This document shows positions 42,400-57,900 of a stretch of DNA of 64,000 bases, one piece after another. The notes under the pieces are model-generated. The model worked only from the letters and a program-made list of their open reading frames with translations, made no database searches and had not been told where the DNA came from. Source of the DNA: Eledone cirrhosa (taxonomy: Eukaryota); the NCBI GenBank assembly GCA_964016885.1, contig OZ024740.1, positions 37,882,001-37,946,000 of the forward strand. The letters run 5' to 3'. Both the position numbers and the translations under genes were made by a program. The stretch's first letter is position 1, and each line of letters opens with the position of its first letter.

Positions 42400-45300
42400 A
42401 GTTAAAAGACAGTATAGTTTGTGACAATACCTAGGTTTTAACAATGGTCCTATGGTTTATTAGTTAAAAGACAGTATAGTTTGTGACAATACCTAGGTTT
42501 AAACAATGGTCCTATGGTTTATTACAGTTAAAAGACAGTATAGTTTGTGACAATACCTAGGTTTAAACAATGGTCCTATGGTTTATTACAGTTAAAAGAC
42601 AGTATAGTTTGTGACAATATCTAGGTTTTAACAATGGTCCTATGGTTTATTACAGTTAAAAGACAGTATAGTTTGTGACAATACCTAGGTTTAAACAATG
42701 GTCCTATGGTTTATTACTGTTAAAAGACAGTATAGTTTGTGACTATACCTAGGTTTAAACAATGGTCCTATGGTTTATTACAGTTAAAAGACAGTATAGT
42801 GTGTGACAATACCTAGGTTTAAACAATGGTCCTATGGTTTATTACGGTAAAAAGACAGTATAGTTTGTGACAATACCTAGGTTTTAACAATGGTCCTATG
42901 GTTTATTAGTTAAAAGACAGTATAGTTTGTGACAATACCTAGGTTTAAACAATGGTCCTATGGTTTATTACAGTTAAAAGACAGTATAGTTTGTGACAAT
43001 ACCTAGGTTTTAACAATGGTCCTATGGTTTATTACAGTTAAAAGACAGTATAGTTTGTGACAATACCTAGGTTTTAACAATGGTCCTATGGTTTATTAGT
43101 TAAAAGACAGTATAGTTTGTGACAATATCTAGGTTTTAACAATAGTCCTATGGTTTATTAGTTAAAAGACAGTATAGTTTGTGACAACACGTAGGTTTTA
43201 ACAATGGTCCTATGGTTTATTAGTTAAAAGACAGTAAAGTTTGTGACAATACCTAGGTTTAAACAATGGTCCTATGGTTTATTAGTTAAAAGACAGTATA
43301 GTTTGTGACAATACCTAGGTTTAAACGATGGTCCTATGGTTTATTACAGTTAAAAGAGAGTATAATTTGTGACAATACCTAGGTTTTAAAATGGTCCTAT
43401 GGTTTATTAGTTAAAAGAGAGTATAGTTTGTGACAATACCTAGGTTTAAACAATGGTCCTATGGTTTATTACAGTTAAAAGACAGTATAGTGTGACAATA
43501 CCAAGGTTTTAACAATGGTCCTATGATTTATTAGTTAAAAGACAGTATAGTTTGTGACAATACCTAGGTTTAAACAATGGTCCTATGGTTTATTACAGTT
43601 AAAAGACAGTATAGTTTGTGACTATACCTAGGTTTAAACAATGGTCCTATGGTTTATTACAGTTAAAAGACAGTATAGTTTGTGACAATACCTAGGTTTA
43701 AACAATGGTCCTATGGTTTATTACAGTTAAAAGACAGTATAGTTTGTGACAATATCTAGGTTTTAACAATGGTCCTATGGTTTATTACAGTTAAAAGACA
43801 GTATAGTTTGTGACAATACCTAGGTTTAAACAATGGTCCTATGGTTTATTACATTTAAAAGACAGTATAGTTTGTGCCAATACCTAGGTTTAAACAATTG
43901 TCCTATGGTTTATTACAGTTAAAAGACAGTATAGTGTGTGACAATACCTAGGTTTAAACAATGGTCCTATGGTTTATTACGGTAAAAAGACAGTATAGTT
44001 TGTGACAATACCTAGGTTTTAACAATGGTCCTATGGTTTATTAGTTAAAAGACAGTATAGTTTGTGACAATACCTAGGTTTAAACAATGGTCCTATGGTT
44101 TATTACAGTTAATAGACAGTATAGATTGTGACAATACCTAGGTTTAAACAATGGTCCTATGGTTTATTACAGTTAAAAGACAGTATAGTTTGTGACAATA
44201 CCTAGGTTTAAACAATGGTCCTATGGTTTATTACAGTTAAAAGACAGTATAGTTTGTGACAATATCTAGGTTTAAACAATGGTCCTATGGTTTTATAGTT
44301 AAAAGACAGTATAGTTTGTGACAATACCTAGGTTTAAACAATGGTCCTATGGTTTATTACAGTTAAAAGACAGTATAGTTTGTGACAATACCTAGGTTTT
44401 AACAATGGTCCTATGGTTTATTACAGTTAAAAGACAGTATAGTTTGTGACAATACCTAGCTTTTAACAATGGTCCTATGGTTTATTACAGTTAAAAGACA
44501 GTATAGTTTGTGACAATACCTAGGTGTTAACAATGGTCCTATGGTTTATTAGTTAAAAGACAGTATAGTTTGTGACAATATCTAGGTTTTAACAATGGTC
44601 CTATGGTTTATTAGTTAAAAGACAGTATAGTTTGTGACAATACCTAGGTTTTAACAATGGTCCTATGGTTTATTAGTTAAAATACAGTATAGTTTGTGAC
44701 AATACCTAGGTTTAAACAATGGTCCTATGGTTTATTACAGTTAAAAGACAGTATAGTTTGTGACAATACCTAGGTTTAAACAATGGTCCTATGGTTTATT
44801 ACAGTTAAAAGACAGTATAGTTTGTGACAATATCTAGGTTTAAACAATGGTCCTATGGTTTATTATAGTTAAAAGACAGTATAGTTTGTGACAATACCTA
44901 GGTTTAAACAATGGTCCTAAGGTTTATTACTGTTAAAAGACAGTATAGTTTGTGACTATACCTAGGTTTAAACAATGGTCCTATGGTTTATTACAGTTAA
45001 AAGACAGTATAGTTTGTGACAATACCTAGGTTTTAACAATGGTCCTATGGTTTATTAGTTAAAAGACAGTATAGTTTGTGACAATACCTAGGTTTAAACA
45101 ATGGTCCTATGGTTTATTACAGTTAAAAGACAGTATAGATTGTGACAATACCTAGGTTTAAACAATGGTCCTATGGTTTATTACAGTTAAAAGACAGTAT
45201 AGTTTGTGACAATACCTAGGTTTAAACAATGGTCCTATGGTTTATTACAGTTAAAAGACAGTATAGTTTGTGACAATATCTAGGTTTAAACAATGGTCCT

Positions 45301-48300
45301 ATGGTTTATTACAGTTAAAAGACAGTATAGTTTGTGACAATACCTAGGTTTAAACAATGGTCCTATGGTTTATTACATTTAAAAGACAGTATAGTTTGTG
45401 ACAATACCTAGGTTTAAACAATGGTCCTATGGTTTATTACAGTTAAAAGACAGTAAAGTTTGTGACAATACCAAGGTTTTAACAATGGTCCTATGGTTTA
45501 TTACGGTTAAAAGACAGTATAGTTTGTGACAATACCTAGGTCTAAACAATGGTCCTATGGTTTATTACAGTTAAAAGACAGTATAGTTTGTGCCAATACC
45601 TAGGTTTAAACAATGGTCCTATGGTTTATTACAGTTAAAAGACAGTATAGTTTGTGACAATACCTAGGTTTAAACAATGGTCCTATGGTTTATTACAGTT
45701 AAAAGACAGTATAGTTTGTGACAATATCTAGGTTTTAACAATGGTCTTATGGTTTATTACAGTTAAAAGACTGTATAGTTTGTGACAATACCTAGGTTTT
45801 AACAATGGTCCTATGGTTTATTACAGTTAAAAGACAGTATAGTTTGTGACAATATCTAGGTTTTAACAATGGTCCTATGGTTTATTACAGTTAAAAGACA
45901 GTATAGTTTGTGACTATACCTAGGTTTAAACAATGGTCCTATGGTTTATTACAGTTAAAAGACAGTATAGTTTGTGACAATACCTAGGTTTAAACAATGG
46001 TCCTATGGTTTATTACAGTTAAAAGACAGTATAGTTTGTGACAATATCTAGGTTTAAACAATGGTCCTATGGTTTATTACAGTTAAAAGACAGTATAGTT
46101 TGTGACAATACCTAGGTTTAAACAATGGTCCTATGGTTTATTACAGTTAAAAGACAGTATAGTTTGTGACAATACCTAGGTTTAAACAATGGTCCTATGG
46201 TTTATTACAGTTAAAAGACAGTATAGTTTGTGACAATATCTAGGTTTAAACAATGGTCCTATGGTTTATTATAGTTAAAAGACAGTATAGTTTGTGACAA
46301 TACCTAGGTTTAAACAATGGTCCTATGGTTTATTACAGTTAAAAGACAGTATAGTTTGTGACAATACCTAGGTTTTAACAATGGTCCTATGGTTTATTAC
46401 AGTTAAAAGACAGTATAGTTTGTGACAATACCTAGGTTTTAACAATGGTCCTATGGTTTATTACAGTTAAAAGACAGTATAGTTTGTGACAATACCTAGG
46501 TTTTAACAATGGTCCTATGGTTTATTAGTTAAAAGACAGTATAGTTTGTGACAATATCTAGGTTTTAACAATAGTCCTATGGTTTATTAGTTAAAAGACA
46601 GTATAGTTTGTGACAACACGTAGGTTTTAACAATGGTCCTATGGTTTATTAGTTAAAAGACAGTAAAGTTTGTGACAATACCTAGGTTTAAACAATGGTC
46701 CTATGGTTTATTAGTTAAAAGACAGTATAGTTTGTGACAATACCTAGGTTTAAACGATGGTCCTATGGTTTATTACAGTTAAAAGAGAGTATAATTTGTG
46801 ACAATACCTAGGTTTTAAAATGGTCCTATGGTTTATTAGTTAAAAGAGAGTATAGTTTGTGACAATACCTAGGTTTAAACAATGGTCCTATGGTTTATTA
46901 CAGTTAAAAGACAGTATAGTGTGACAATACCAAGGTTTTAACAATGGTCCTATGATTTATTAGTTAAAAGACAGTATAGTTTGTGACAATACCTAGGTTT
47001 AAACAATGGTCCTATGGTTTATTACAGTTAAAAGACAGTATAGTTTGTGACTATACCTAGGTTTAAACAATGGTCCTATGGTTTATTACAGTTAAAAGAC
47101 AGTATAGTTTGTGACAATACCTAGGTTTAAACAATGGTCCTATGGTTTATTACAGTTAAAAGACAGTATAGTTTGTGACAATATCTAGGTTTTAACAATG
47201 GTCCTATGGTTTATTACAGTTAAAAGACAGTATAGTTTGTGACAATACCTAGGTTTAAACAATGGTCCTATGGTTTATTACATTTAAAAGACAGTATAGT
47301 TTGTGCCAATACCTAGGTTTAAACAATTGTCCTATGGTTTATTACAGTTAAAAGACAGTATAGTTTGTGACAATACCTAGGTTTAAACAATGGTCCTATG
47401 GTTTATTACAGTTAAAAGACAGTATAGTTTGTGACAATACCTAGGTTTTAACAATGGTCCTATGGTTTATTAGTTAAAAGACAGTATAGTTTGTGACAAT
47501 ACCTAGCTTTAAACAATGGTCCTATGGTTTATTACAGTTAAAAGACAGTATAGTTTGTGACAATACCTAGGTTTAAACAATGGTCCTATGGTTTATTACA
47601 GTTAAAAGACAGTATAGTTTGTGACAATATCTAGGTTTTAACAATGGTCCTATGGTTTATTACAGTTAAAAGACAGTATAGTTTGTGACAATACCTAGGT
47701 TTAAACAATGGTCCTATGGTTTATTACTGTTAAAAGACAGTATAGTTTGTGACTATACCTAGGTTTAAACAATGGTCCTATGGTTTATTACAGTTAAAAG
47801 ACAGTATAGTGTGTGACAATACCTAGGTTTAAACAATGGTCCTATGGTTTATTACGGTAAAAAGACAGTATAGTTTGTGACAATACCTAGGTTTTAACAA
47901 TGGTCCTATGGTTTATTAGTTAAAAGACAGTATAGTTTGTGACAATACCTAGGTTTAAACAATGGTCCTATGGTTTATTACAGTTAAAAGACAGTATAGT
48001 TTGTGACAATACCTAGGTTTTAACAATGGTCCTATGGTTTATTACAGTTAAAAGACAGTATAGTTTGTGACAATACCTAGGTTTTAACAATGGTCCTATG
48101 GTTTATTAGTTAAAAGACAGTATAGTTTGTGACAATATCTAGGTTTTAACAATAGTCCTATGGTTTATTAGTTAAAAGACAGTATAGTTTGTGACAACAC
48201 GTAGGTTTTAACAATGGTCCTATGGTTTATTAGTTAAAAGACAGTAAAGTTTGTGACAATACCTAGGTTTAAACAATGGTCCTATGGTTTATTAGTTAAA

Positions 48301-51300
48301 AGACAGTATAGTTTGTGACAATACCTAGGTTTAAACGATGGTCCTATGGTTTATTACAGTTAAAAGAGAGTATAATTTGTGACAATACCTAGGTTTTAAA
48401 ATGGTCCTATGGTTTATTAGTTAAAAGAGAGTATAGTTTGTGACAATACCTAGGTTTAAACAATGGTCCTATGGTTTATTACAGTTAAAAGACAGTATAG
48501 TGTGACAATACCAAGGTTTTAACAATGGTCCTATGATTTATTAGTTAAAAGACAGTATAGTTTGTGACAATACCTAGGTTTAAACAATGGTCCTATGGTT
48601 TATTACAGTTAAAAGACAGTATAGTTTGTGACTATACCTAGGTTTAAACAATGGTCCTATGGTTTATTACAGTTAAAAGACAGTATAGTTTGTGACAATA
48701 CCTAGGTTTAAACAATGGTCCTATGGTTTATTACAGTTAAAAGACAGTATAGTTTGTGACAATATCTAGGTTTTAACAATGGTCCTATGGTTTATTACAG
48801 TTAAAAGACAGTATAGTTTGTGACAATACCTAGGTTTAAACAATGGTCCTATGGTTTATTACATTTAAAAGACAGTATAGTTTGTGCCAATACCTAGGTT
48901 TAAACAATTGTCCTATGGTTTATTACAGTTAAAAGACAGTATAGTGTGTGACAATACCTAGGTTTAAACAATGGTCCTATGGTTTATTACGGTAAAAAGA
49001 CAGTATAGTTTGTGACAATACCTAGGTTTTAACAATGGTCCTATGGTTTATTAGTTAAAAGACAGTATAGTTTGTGACAATACCTAGGTTTAAACAATGG
49101 TCCTATGGTTTATTACAGTTAATAGACAGTATAGATTGTGACAATACCTAGGTTTAAACAATGGTCCTATGGTTTATTACAGTTAAAAGACAGTATAGTT
49201 TGTGACAATACCTAGGTTTAAACAATGGTCCTATGGTTTATTACAGTTAAAAGACAGTATAGTTTGTGACAATATCTAGGTTTAAACAATGGTCCTATGG
49301 TTTTATAGTTAAAAGACAGTATAGTTTGTGACAATACCTAGGTTTAAACAATGGTCCTATGGTTTATTACAGTTAAAAGACAGTATAGTTTGTGACAATA
49401 CCTAGGTTTTAACAATGGTCCTATGGTTTATTACAGTTAAAAGACAGTATAGTTTGTGACAATACCTAGCTTTTAACAATGGTCCTATGGTTTATTACAG
49501 TTAAAAGACAGTATAGTTTGTGACAATACCTAGGTGTTAACAATGGTCCTATGGTTTATTAGTTAAAAGACAGTATAGTTTGTGACAATATCTAGGTTTT
49601 AACAATGGTCCTATGGTTTATTAGTTAAAAGACAGTATAGTTTGTGACAATACCTAGGTTTTAACAATGGTCCTATGGTTTATTAGTTAAAATACAGTAT
49701 AGTTTGTGACAATACCTAGGTTTAAACAATGGTCCTATGGTTTATTACAGTTAAAAGACAGTATAGTTTGTGACAATACCTAGGTTTAAACAATGGTCCT
49801 ATGGTTTATTACAGTTAAAAGACAGTATAGTTTGTGACAATATCTAGGTTTAAACAATGGTCCTATGGTTTATTATAGTTAAAAGACAGTATAGTTTGTG
49901 ACAATACCTAGGTTTAAACAATGGTCCTAAGGTTTATTACTGTTAAAAGACAGTATAGTTTGTGACTATACCTAGGTTTAAACAATGGTCCTATGGTTTA
50001 TTACAGTTAAAAGACAGTATAGTTTGTGACAATACCTAGGTTTTAACAATGGTCCTATGGTTTATTAGTTAAAAGACAGTATAGTTTGTGACAATACCTA
50101 GGTTTAAACAATGGTCCTATGGTTTATTACAGTTAAAAGACAGTATAGATTGTGACAATACCTAGGTTTAAACAATGGTCCTATGGTTTATTACAGTTAA
50201 AAGACAGTATAGTTTGTGACAATACCTAGGTTTAAACAATGGTCCTATGGTTTATTACAGTTAAAAGACAGTATAGTTTGTGACAATATCTAGGTTTAAA
50301 CAATGGTCCTATGGTTTATTACAGTTAAAAGACAGTATAGTTTGTGACAATACCTAGGTTTAAACAATGGTCCTATGGTTTATTACATTTAAAAGACAGT
50401 ATAGTTTGTGACAATACCTAGGTTTAAACAATGGTCCTATGGTTTATTACAGTTAAAAGACAGTAAAGTTTGTGACAATACCAAGGTTTTAACAATGGTC
50501 CTATGGTTTATTACGGTTAAAAGACAGTATAGTTTGTGACAATACCTAGGTCTAAACAATGGTCCTATGGTTTATTACAGTTAAAAGACAGTATAGTTTG
50601 TGCCAATACCTAGGTTTAAACAATGGTCCTATGGTTTATTACAGTTAAAAGACAGTATAGTTTGTGACAATACCTAGGTTTAAACAATGGTCCTATGGTT
50701 TATTACAGTTAAAAGACAGTATAGTTTGTGACAATATCTAGGTTTTAACAATGGTCTTATGGTTTATTACAGTTAAAAGACTGTATAGTTTGTGACAATA
50801 CCTAGGTTTTAACAATGGTCCTATGGTTTATTACAGTTAAAAGACAGTATAGTTTGTGACAATATCTAGGTTTTAACAATGGTCCTATGGTTTATTACAG
50901 TTAAAAGACAGTATAGTTTGTGACTATACCTAGGTTTAAACAATGGTCCTATGGTTTATTACAGTTAAAAGACAGTATAGTTTGTGACAATACCTAGGTT
51001 TAAACAATGGTCCTATGGTTTATTACAGTTAAAAGACAGTATAGTTTGTGACAATATCTAGGTTTAAACAATGGTCCTATGGTTTATTACAGTTAAAAGA
51101 CAGTATAGTTTGTGACAATACCTAGGTTTAAACAATGGTCCTATGGTTTATTACAGTTAAAAGACAGTATAGTTTGTGACAATACCTAGGTTTAAACAAT
51201 GGTCCTATGGTTTATTACAGTTAAAAGACAGTATAGTTTGTGACAATATCTAGGTTTAAACAATGGTCCTATGGTTTATTATAGTTAAAAGACAGTATAG

Positions 51301-54300
51301 TTTGTGACAATACCTAGGTTTAAACAATGGTCCTATGGTTTATTACAGTTAAAAGACAGTATAGTTTGTGACAATACCTAGGTTTTAACAATGGTCCTAT
51401 GGTTTATTACAGTTAAAAGACAGTATAGTTTGTGACAATACCTAGGTTTTAACAATGGTCCTATGGTTTATTACAGTTAAAAGACAGTATAGTTTGTGAC
51501 AATACCTAGGTTTTAACAATGGTCCTATGGTTTATTAGTTAAAAGACAGTATAGTTTGTGACAATATCTAGGTTTTAACAATAGTCCTATGGTTTATTAG
51601 TTAAAAGACAGTATAGTTTGTGACAACACGTAGGTTTTAACAATGGTCCTATGGTTTATTAGTTAAAAGACAGTAAAGTTTGTGACAATACCTAGGTTTA
51701 AACAATGGTCCTATGGTTTATTAGTTAAAAGACAGTATAGTTTGTGACAATACCTAGGTTTAAACGATGGTCCTATGGTTTATTACAGTTAAAAGAGAGT
51801 ATAATTTGTGACAATACCTAGGTTTTAAAATGGTCCTATGGTTTATTAGTTAAAAGAGAGTATAGTTTGTGACAATACCTAGGTTTAAACAATGGTCCTA
51901 TGGTTTATTACAGTTAAAAGACAGTATAGTGTGACAATACCAAGGTTTTAACAATGGTCCTATGATTTATTAGTTAAAAGACAGTATAGTTTGTGACAAT
52001 ACCTAGGTTTAAACAATGGTCCTATGGTTTATTACAGTTAAAAGACAGTATAGTTTGTGACTATACCTAGGTTTAAACAATGGTCCTATGGTTTATTACA
52101 GTTAAAAGACAGTATAGTTTGTGACAATACCTAGGTTTAAACAATGGTCCTATGGTTTATTACAGTTAAAAGACAGTATAGTTTGTGACAATATCTAGGT
52201 TTTAACAATGGTCCTATGGTTTATTACAGTTAAAAGACAGTATAGTTTGTGACAATACCTAGGTTTAAACAATGGTCCTATGGTTTATTACATTTAAAAG
52301 ACAGTATAGTTTGTGCCAATACCTAGGTTTAAACAATTGTCCTATGGTTTATTACAGTTAAAAGACAGTATAGTGTGTGACAATACCTAGGTTTAAACAA
52401 TGGTCCTATGGTTTATTACGGTAAAAAGACAGTATAGTTTGTGACAATACCTAGGTTTTAACAATGGTCCTATGGTTTATTAGTTAAAAGACAGTATAGT
52501 TTGTGACAATACCTAGGTTTAAACAATGGTCCTATGGTTTATTACAGTTAATAGACAGTATAGATTGTGACAATACCTAGGTTTAAACAATGGTCCTATG
52601 GTTTATTACAGTTAAAAGACAGTATAGTTTGTGACAATACCTAGGTTTAAACAATGGTCCTATGGTTTATTACAGTTAAAAGACAGTATAGTTTGTGACA
52701 ATATCTAGGTTTAAACAATGGTCCTATGGTTTTATAGTTAAAAGACAGTATAGTTTGTGACAATACCTAGGTTTAAACAATGGTCCTATGGTTTATTACA
52801 GTTAAAAGACAGTATAGTTTGTGACAATACCTAGGTTTTAACAATGGTCCTATGGTTTATTACAGTTAAAAGACAGTATAGTTTGTGACAATACCTAGCT
52901 TTTAACAATGGTCCTATGGTTTATTACAGTTAAAAGACAGTATAGTTTGTGACAATACCTAGGTGTTAACAATGGTCCTATGGTTTATTAGTTAAAAGAC
53001 AGTATAGTTTGTGACAATATCTAGGTTTTAACAATGGTCCTATGGTTTATTAGTTAAAAGACAGTATAGTTTGTGACAATACCTAGGTTTTAACAATGGT
53101 CCTATGGTTTATTAGTTAAAATACAGTATAGTTTGTGACAATACCTAGGTTTAAACAATGGTCCTATGGTTTATTACAGTTAAAAGACAGTATAGTTTGT
53201 GACAATACCTAGGTTTAAACAATGGTCCTATGGTTTATTACAGTTAAAAGACAGTATAGTTTGTGACAATATCTAGGTTTAAACAATGGTCCTATGGTTT
53301 ATTATAGTTAAAAGACAGTATAGTTTGTCACAATACCTAGGTTTAAACAATGGTCCTAAGGTTTATTACTGTTAAAAGACAGTATAGTTTGTGACTATAC
53401 CTAGGTTTAAACAATGGTCCTATGGTTTATTACAGTTAAAAGACAGTATAGTTTGTGACAATACCTAGGTTTTAACAATGGTCCTATGGTTTATTAGTTA
53501 AAAGACAGTATAGTTTGTGACAATACCTAGGTTTAAACAATGGTCCTATGGTTTATTACAGTTAAAAGACAGTATAGATTGTGACAATACCTAGGTTTAA
53601 ACAATGGTCCTATGGTTTATTACAGTTAAAAGACAGTATAGTTTGTGACAATACCTAGGTTTAAACAATGGTCCTATGGTTTATTACAGTTAAAAGACAG
53701 TATAGTTTGTGACAATATCTAGGTTTAAACAATGGTCCTATGGTTTATTACAGTTAAAAGACAGTATAGTTTGTGACAATACCTAGGTTTAAACAATGGT
53801 CCTATGGTTTATTACATTTAAAAGACAGTATAGTTTGTGACAATACCTAGGTTTAAACAATGGTCCTATGGTTTATTACAGTTAAAAGACAGTAAAGTTT
53901 GTGACAATACCAAGGTTTTAACAATGGTCCTATGGTTTATTACGGTTAAAAGACAGTATAGTTTGTGACAATACCTAGGTCTAAACAATGGTCCTATGGT
54001 TTATTACAGTTAAAAGACAGTATAGTTTGTGCCAATACCTAGGTTTAAACAATGGTCCTATGGTTTATTACAGTTAAAAGACAGTATAGTTTGTGACAAT
54101 ACCTAGGTTTAAACAATGGTCCTATGGTTTATTACAGTTAAAAGACAGTATAGTTTGTGACAATATCTAGGTTTTAACAATGGTCTTATGGTTTATTACA
54201 GTTAAAAGACTGTATAGTTTGTGACAATACCTAGGTTTTAACAATGGTCCTATGGTTTATTACAGTTAAAAGACAGTATAGTTTGTGACAATATCTAGGT

Positions 54301-54900
54301 TTTAACAATGGTCCTATGGTTTATTACAGTTAAAAGACAGTATAGTTTGTGACTATACCTAGGTTTAAACAATGGTCCTATGGTTTATTACAGTTAAAAG
54401 ACAGTATAGTTTGTGACAATACCTAGGTTTAAACAATGGTCCTATGGTTTATTACAGTTAAAAGACAGTATAGTTTGTGACAATATCTAGGTTTAAACAA
54501 TGGTCCTATGGTTTATTACAGTTAAAAGACAGTATAGTTTGTGACAATACCTAGGTTTAAACAATGGTCCTATGGTTTATTACAGTTAAAAGACAGTATA
54601 GTTTGTGACAATACCTAGGTTTAAACAATGGTCCTATGGTTTATTACAGTTAAAAGACAGTATAGTTTGTGACAATATCTAGGTTTAAACAATGGTCCTA
54701 TGGTTTATTATAGTTAAAAGACAGTATAGTTTGTGACAATACCTAGGTTTAAACAATGGTCCTATGGTTTATTACAGTTAAAAGACAGTATAGTTTGTGA
54801 CAATACCTAGGTTTTAACAATGGTCCTATGGTTTATTACAGTTAAAAGACAGTATAGTTTGTGACAATACCTAGGTTTTAACAATGGTCCTATGGTTTAT
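42400..54900. repeat. Higher-order block D: 3,429-bp (54-mer) unit interleaved with a 5,010-bp duplication
   Basis: CCTAGCTTTT is at 44460/49470/52899, TAGGTGTTAA at 44521/49531/52960 and GGTCTAAAC at 45542/50552/53981 (offsets 5010 then 3429). CAACACGTAGG is at 43190/46619/48200/51629. Confidence 0.9.
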
Positions 54901-57900
54901 TACAGTTAAAAGACAGTATAGTTTGTGACAATACCTAGGTTTAAACAATGGTCCTATGGTTTATTACAGTTAAAAGACAGTATAGTTTGTGACAATATCT
55001 AGGTTTAAACAATGGTCCTATGGTTTATTATAGTTAAAAGACAGTATAGTTTGTGACAATACCTAGGTTTAAACAATGGTCCTATGGTTTATTACAGTTA
55101 AAAGACAGTATAGTTTGTGACAATACCTAGGTTTTAACAATGGTCCTATGGTTTATTACAGTTAAAAGACAGTATAGTTTGTGACAATACCTAGGTTTTA
55201 ACAATGGTCCTATGGTTTATTACAGTTAAAAGACAGTATAGTTTGTGACAATACCTAGGTTTTAACAATGGTCCTATGGTTTATTAGTTAAAAGACAGTA
55301 TAGTTTGTGACAATATCTAGGTTTTAACAATGGTCCTATGGTTTATTAGTTAAAAGACAGTATAGTTTGTGACAATACGTAGGTTTTAACAATGGTCCTA
55401 TGGTTTATTAGTTAAAAGACAGTATAGTTTGTGACAATACCTAGGTTTAAACAATGGTCGTATGGTTTATTACAGTTAAAAGACAGTATAGTTTGTGACA
55501 ATACCTAGGTTTTAACAATGGTCCTATGGTTTATTACAGTAAAAAGACAGTATAGTTTGTGACAATACCTAGGTTTAAACAATGGTCCTATGGTTTATTA
55601 CAGTTAAAAGACAGTATATGGTGTGACAATACCTAGGTTTAAACAATGGTCTTATGGTTTATTACAGTTAAAAGACTATAATTTGTGACAATACCTAGGT
55701 TTAAACAATGGTCCTGTGGTTTATTACAGTTAAAAGACAGTATAGTGTGTGACAATACCTAGGTTTAAACAATGGTCCTATGGTTTATTACGGTAAAAAG
55801 ACAGTATAGTTTGTGACAATACCTAGGTTTTAACAATGGTCCTATGGTTTATTAGTTAAAAGACAGTATAGTTTGTGACAATACCTAGGTTTAAACAATG
55901 GTCCTATGGTTTATTACAGTTAAAAGAGAGTATAGTTTGTGACAATACCTAGGTTTTAAAATGGTCCTATGGTTTATTAGTTAGACAGTATAGTTTGTGA
56001 CAATACCTAGGTTTAAACAATGGTCCTATGGTTTATTACAGTTAAAAGACAGTATAGTTTGTGACAATACCTAGGTTTTAACAATGGTCTTATGGTTTAT
56101 TAGTTAAAAGACAGTATAGTTTGTGACAATACCTAGGTTTAAACAATGGTCCTATGGTTTATTACAGTTAAAAGACAGTATAGTTTGTGACTATACCTAG
56201 GTTTAAACAATGGTCCTATGGTTTATTACAGTTAAAAGACAGTATAGTTTGTGACAATACCTAGGTTTAAACAATGGTCCTATGGTTTATTACAGTTAAA
56301 AGACAGTATAGTTTGTGACAATATCTAGGTTTTAACAATGGTCCTATGGTTTATTACAGTTAAAAGACAGTATAGTTTGTGACAATACCTAGGTTTAAAC
56401 AATGGTCCTATGGTTTATTACTGTTAAAAGACAGTATAGTTTGTGACTATACCTAGGTTTAAACAATGGTCCTATGTTTTATTACAGTTAAAAGACAGTA
56501 TAGTGTGTGACAATACCTAGGTTTAAACAATGGTCCTATGGTTTATTACGGTAAAAAGACAGTATAGTTTGTGACAATACCTAGGTTTTAACAATGGTCC
56601 TATGGTTTATTAGTTAAAAGACAGTATAGTTTGTGACAATACCTAGGTTTAAACAATGGTCCTATGGTTTATTACAGTTAAAAGACAGTATAGATTGTGA
56701 CAATACCTAGGTTTAAATAATGGTCCTATGGTTTATTACAGTTAAAAGACAGTATAGTTTGTGACAATACCTAGGTTTAAACAATGGTCCTATGGTTTAT
56801 TACAGTTAAAAGACAGTATAGTTTGTGACAATATCTAGGTTTAAACAATGGTCCTATGGTTTATTACAGTTAAAAGACAGTATAGTTTGTGACAATATCT
56901 AGGTTTAAACAATGGTCCTATGGTTTATTACAGTTAAAAGACAGTATAGTTTGTGACAATACCTAGGTTTAAACAATGGTCCTATGGTTTATTACAGTTA
57001 AAAGACAGTATAGTTTGTGACAATACCTAGGTTTAAACAATGGTCCTATGGTTTATTACAGTTAAAAGACAGTATAGTTTGTGACAATATCTAGGTTTAA
57101 ACAATGGTCCTATGGTTTATTATAGTTAAAAGACAGTATAGTTTGTGACAATACCTAGGTTTAAACAATGGTCCTATGGTTTATTACAGTTAAAAGACAG
57201 TATAGTTTGTGACAATACCTAGGTTTTAACAATGGTCCTATGGTTTATTACAGTTAAAAGACAGTATAGTTTGTGACAATACCTAGGTTTTAACAATGGT
57301 CCTATGGTTTATTACAGTTAAAAGACAGTATAGTTTGTGACAATACCTAGGTTTTAACAATGGTCCTATGGTTTATTAGTTAAAAGACAGTATAGTTTGT
57401 GACAATATCTAGGTTTTAACAATGGTCCTATGGTTTATTAGTTAAAAGACAGTATAGTTTGTGACAATACGTAGGTTTTAACAATGGTCCTATGGTTTAT
57501 TAGTTAAAAGACAGTATAGTTTGTGACAATACCTAGGTTTAAACAATGGTCCTATGGTTTATTACAGTTAAATGACAGTATAGTTTGTGACAATACCTAG
57601 GTTTTAACAATGGTCCTATGGTTTATTACAGTTAAAAGACAGTATAGTTTGTGACAATACCTAGGTTTAAACAATGGTCCTATGGTTTATTACAGTTAAA
57701 AGACAGTATAGTGTGTGACAATACCTAGGTTTAAACAATGGTCTTATGGTTTATTACAGTTAAAAGACTATAATTTGTGACAATACCTAGGTTTAAACAA
57801 TGGTCCTGTGGTTTATTACAGTTAAAAGACAGTATAGTGTGTGACAATACCTAGGTTTAAACAATGGTCCTATGGTTTATTACGGTAAAAAGACAGTATA

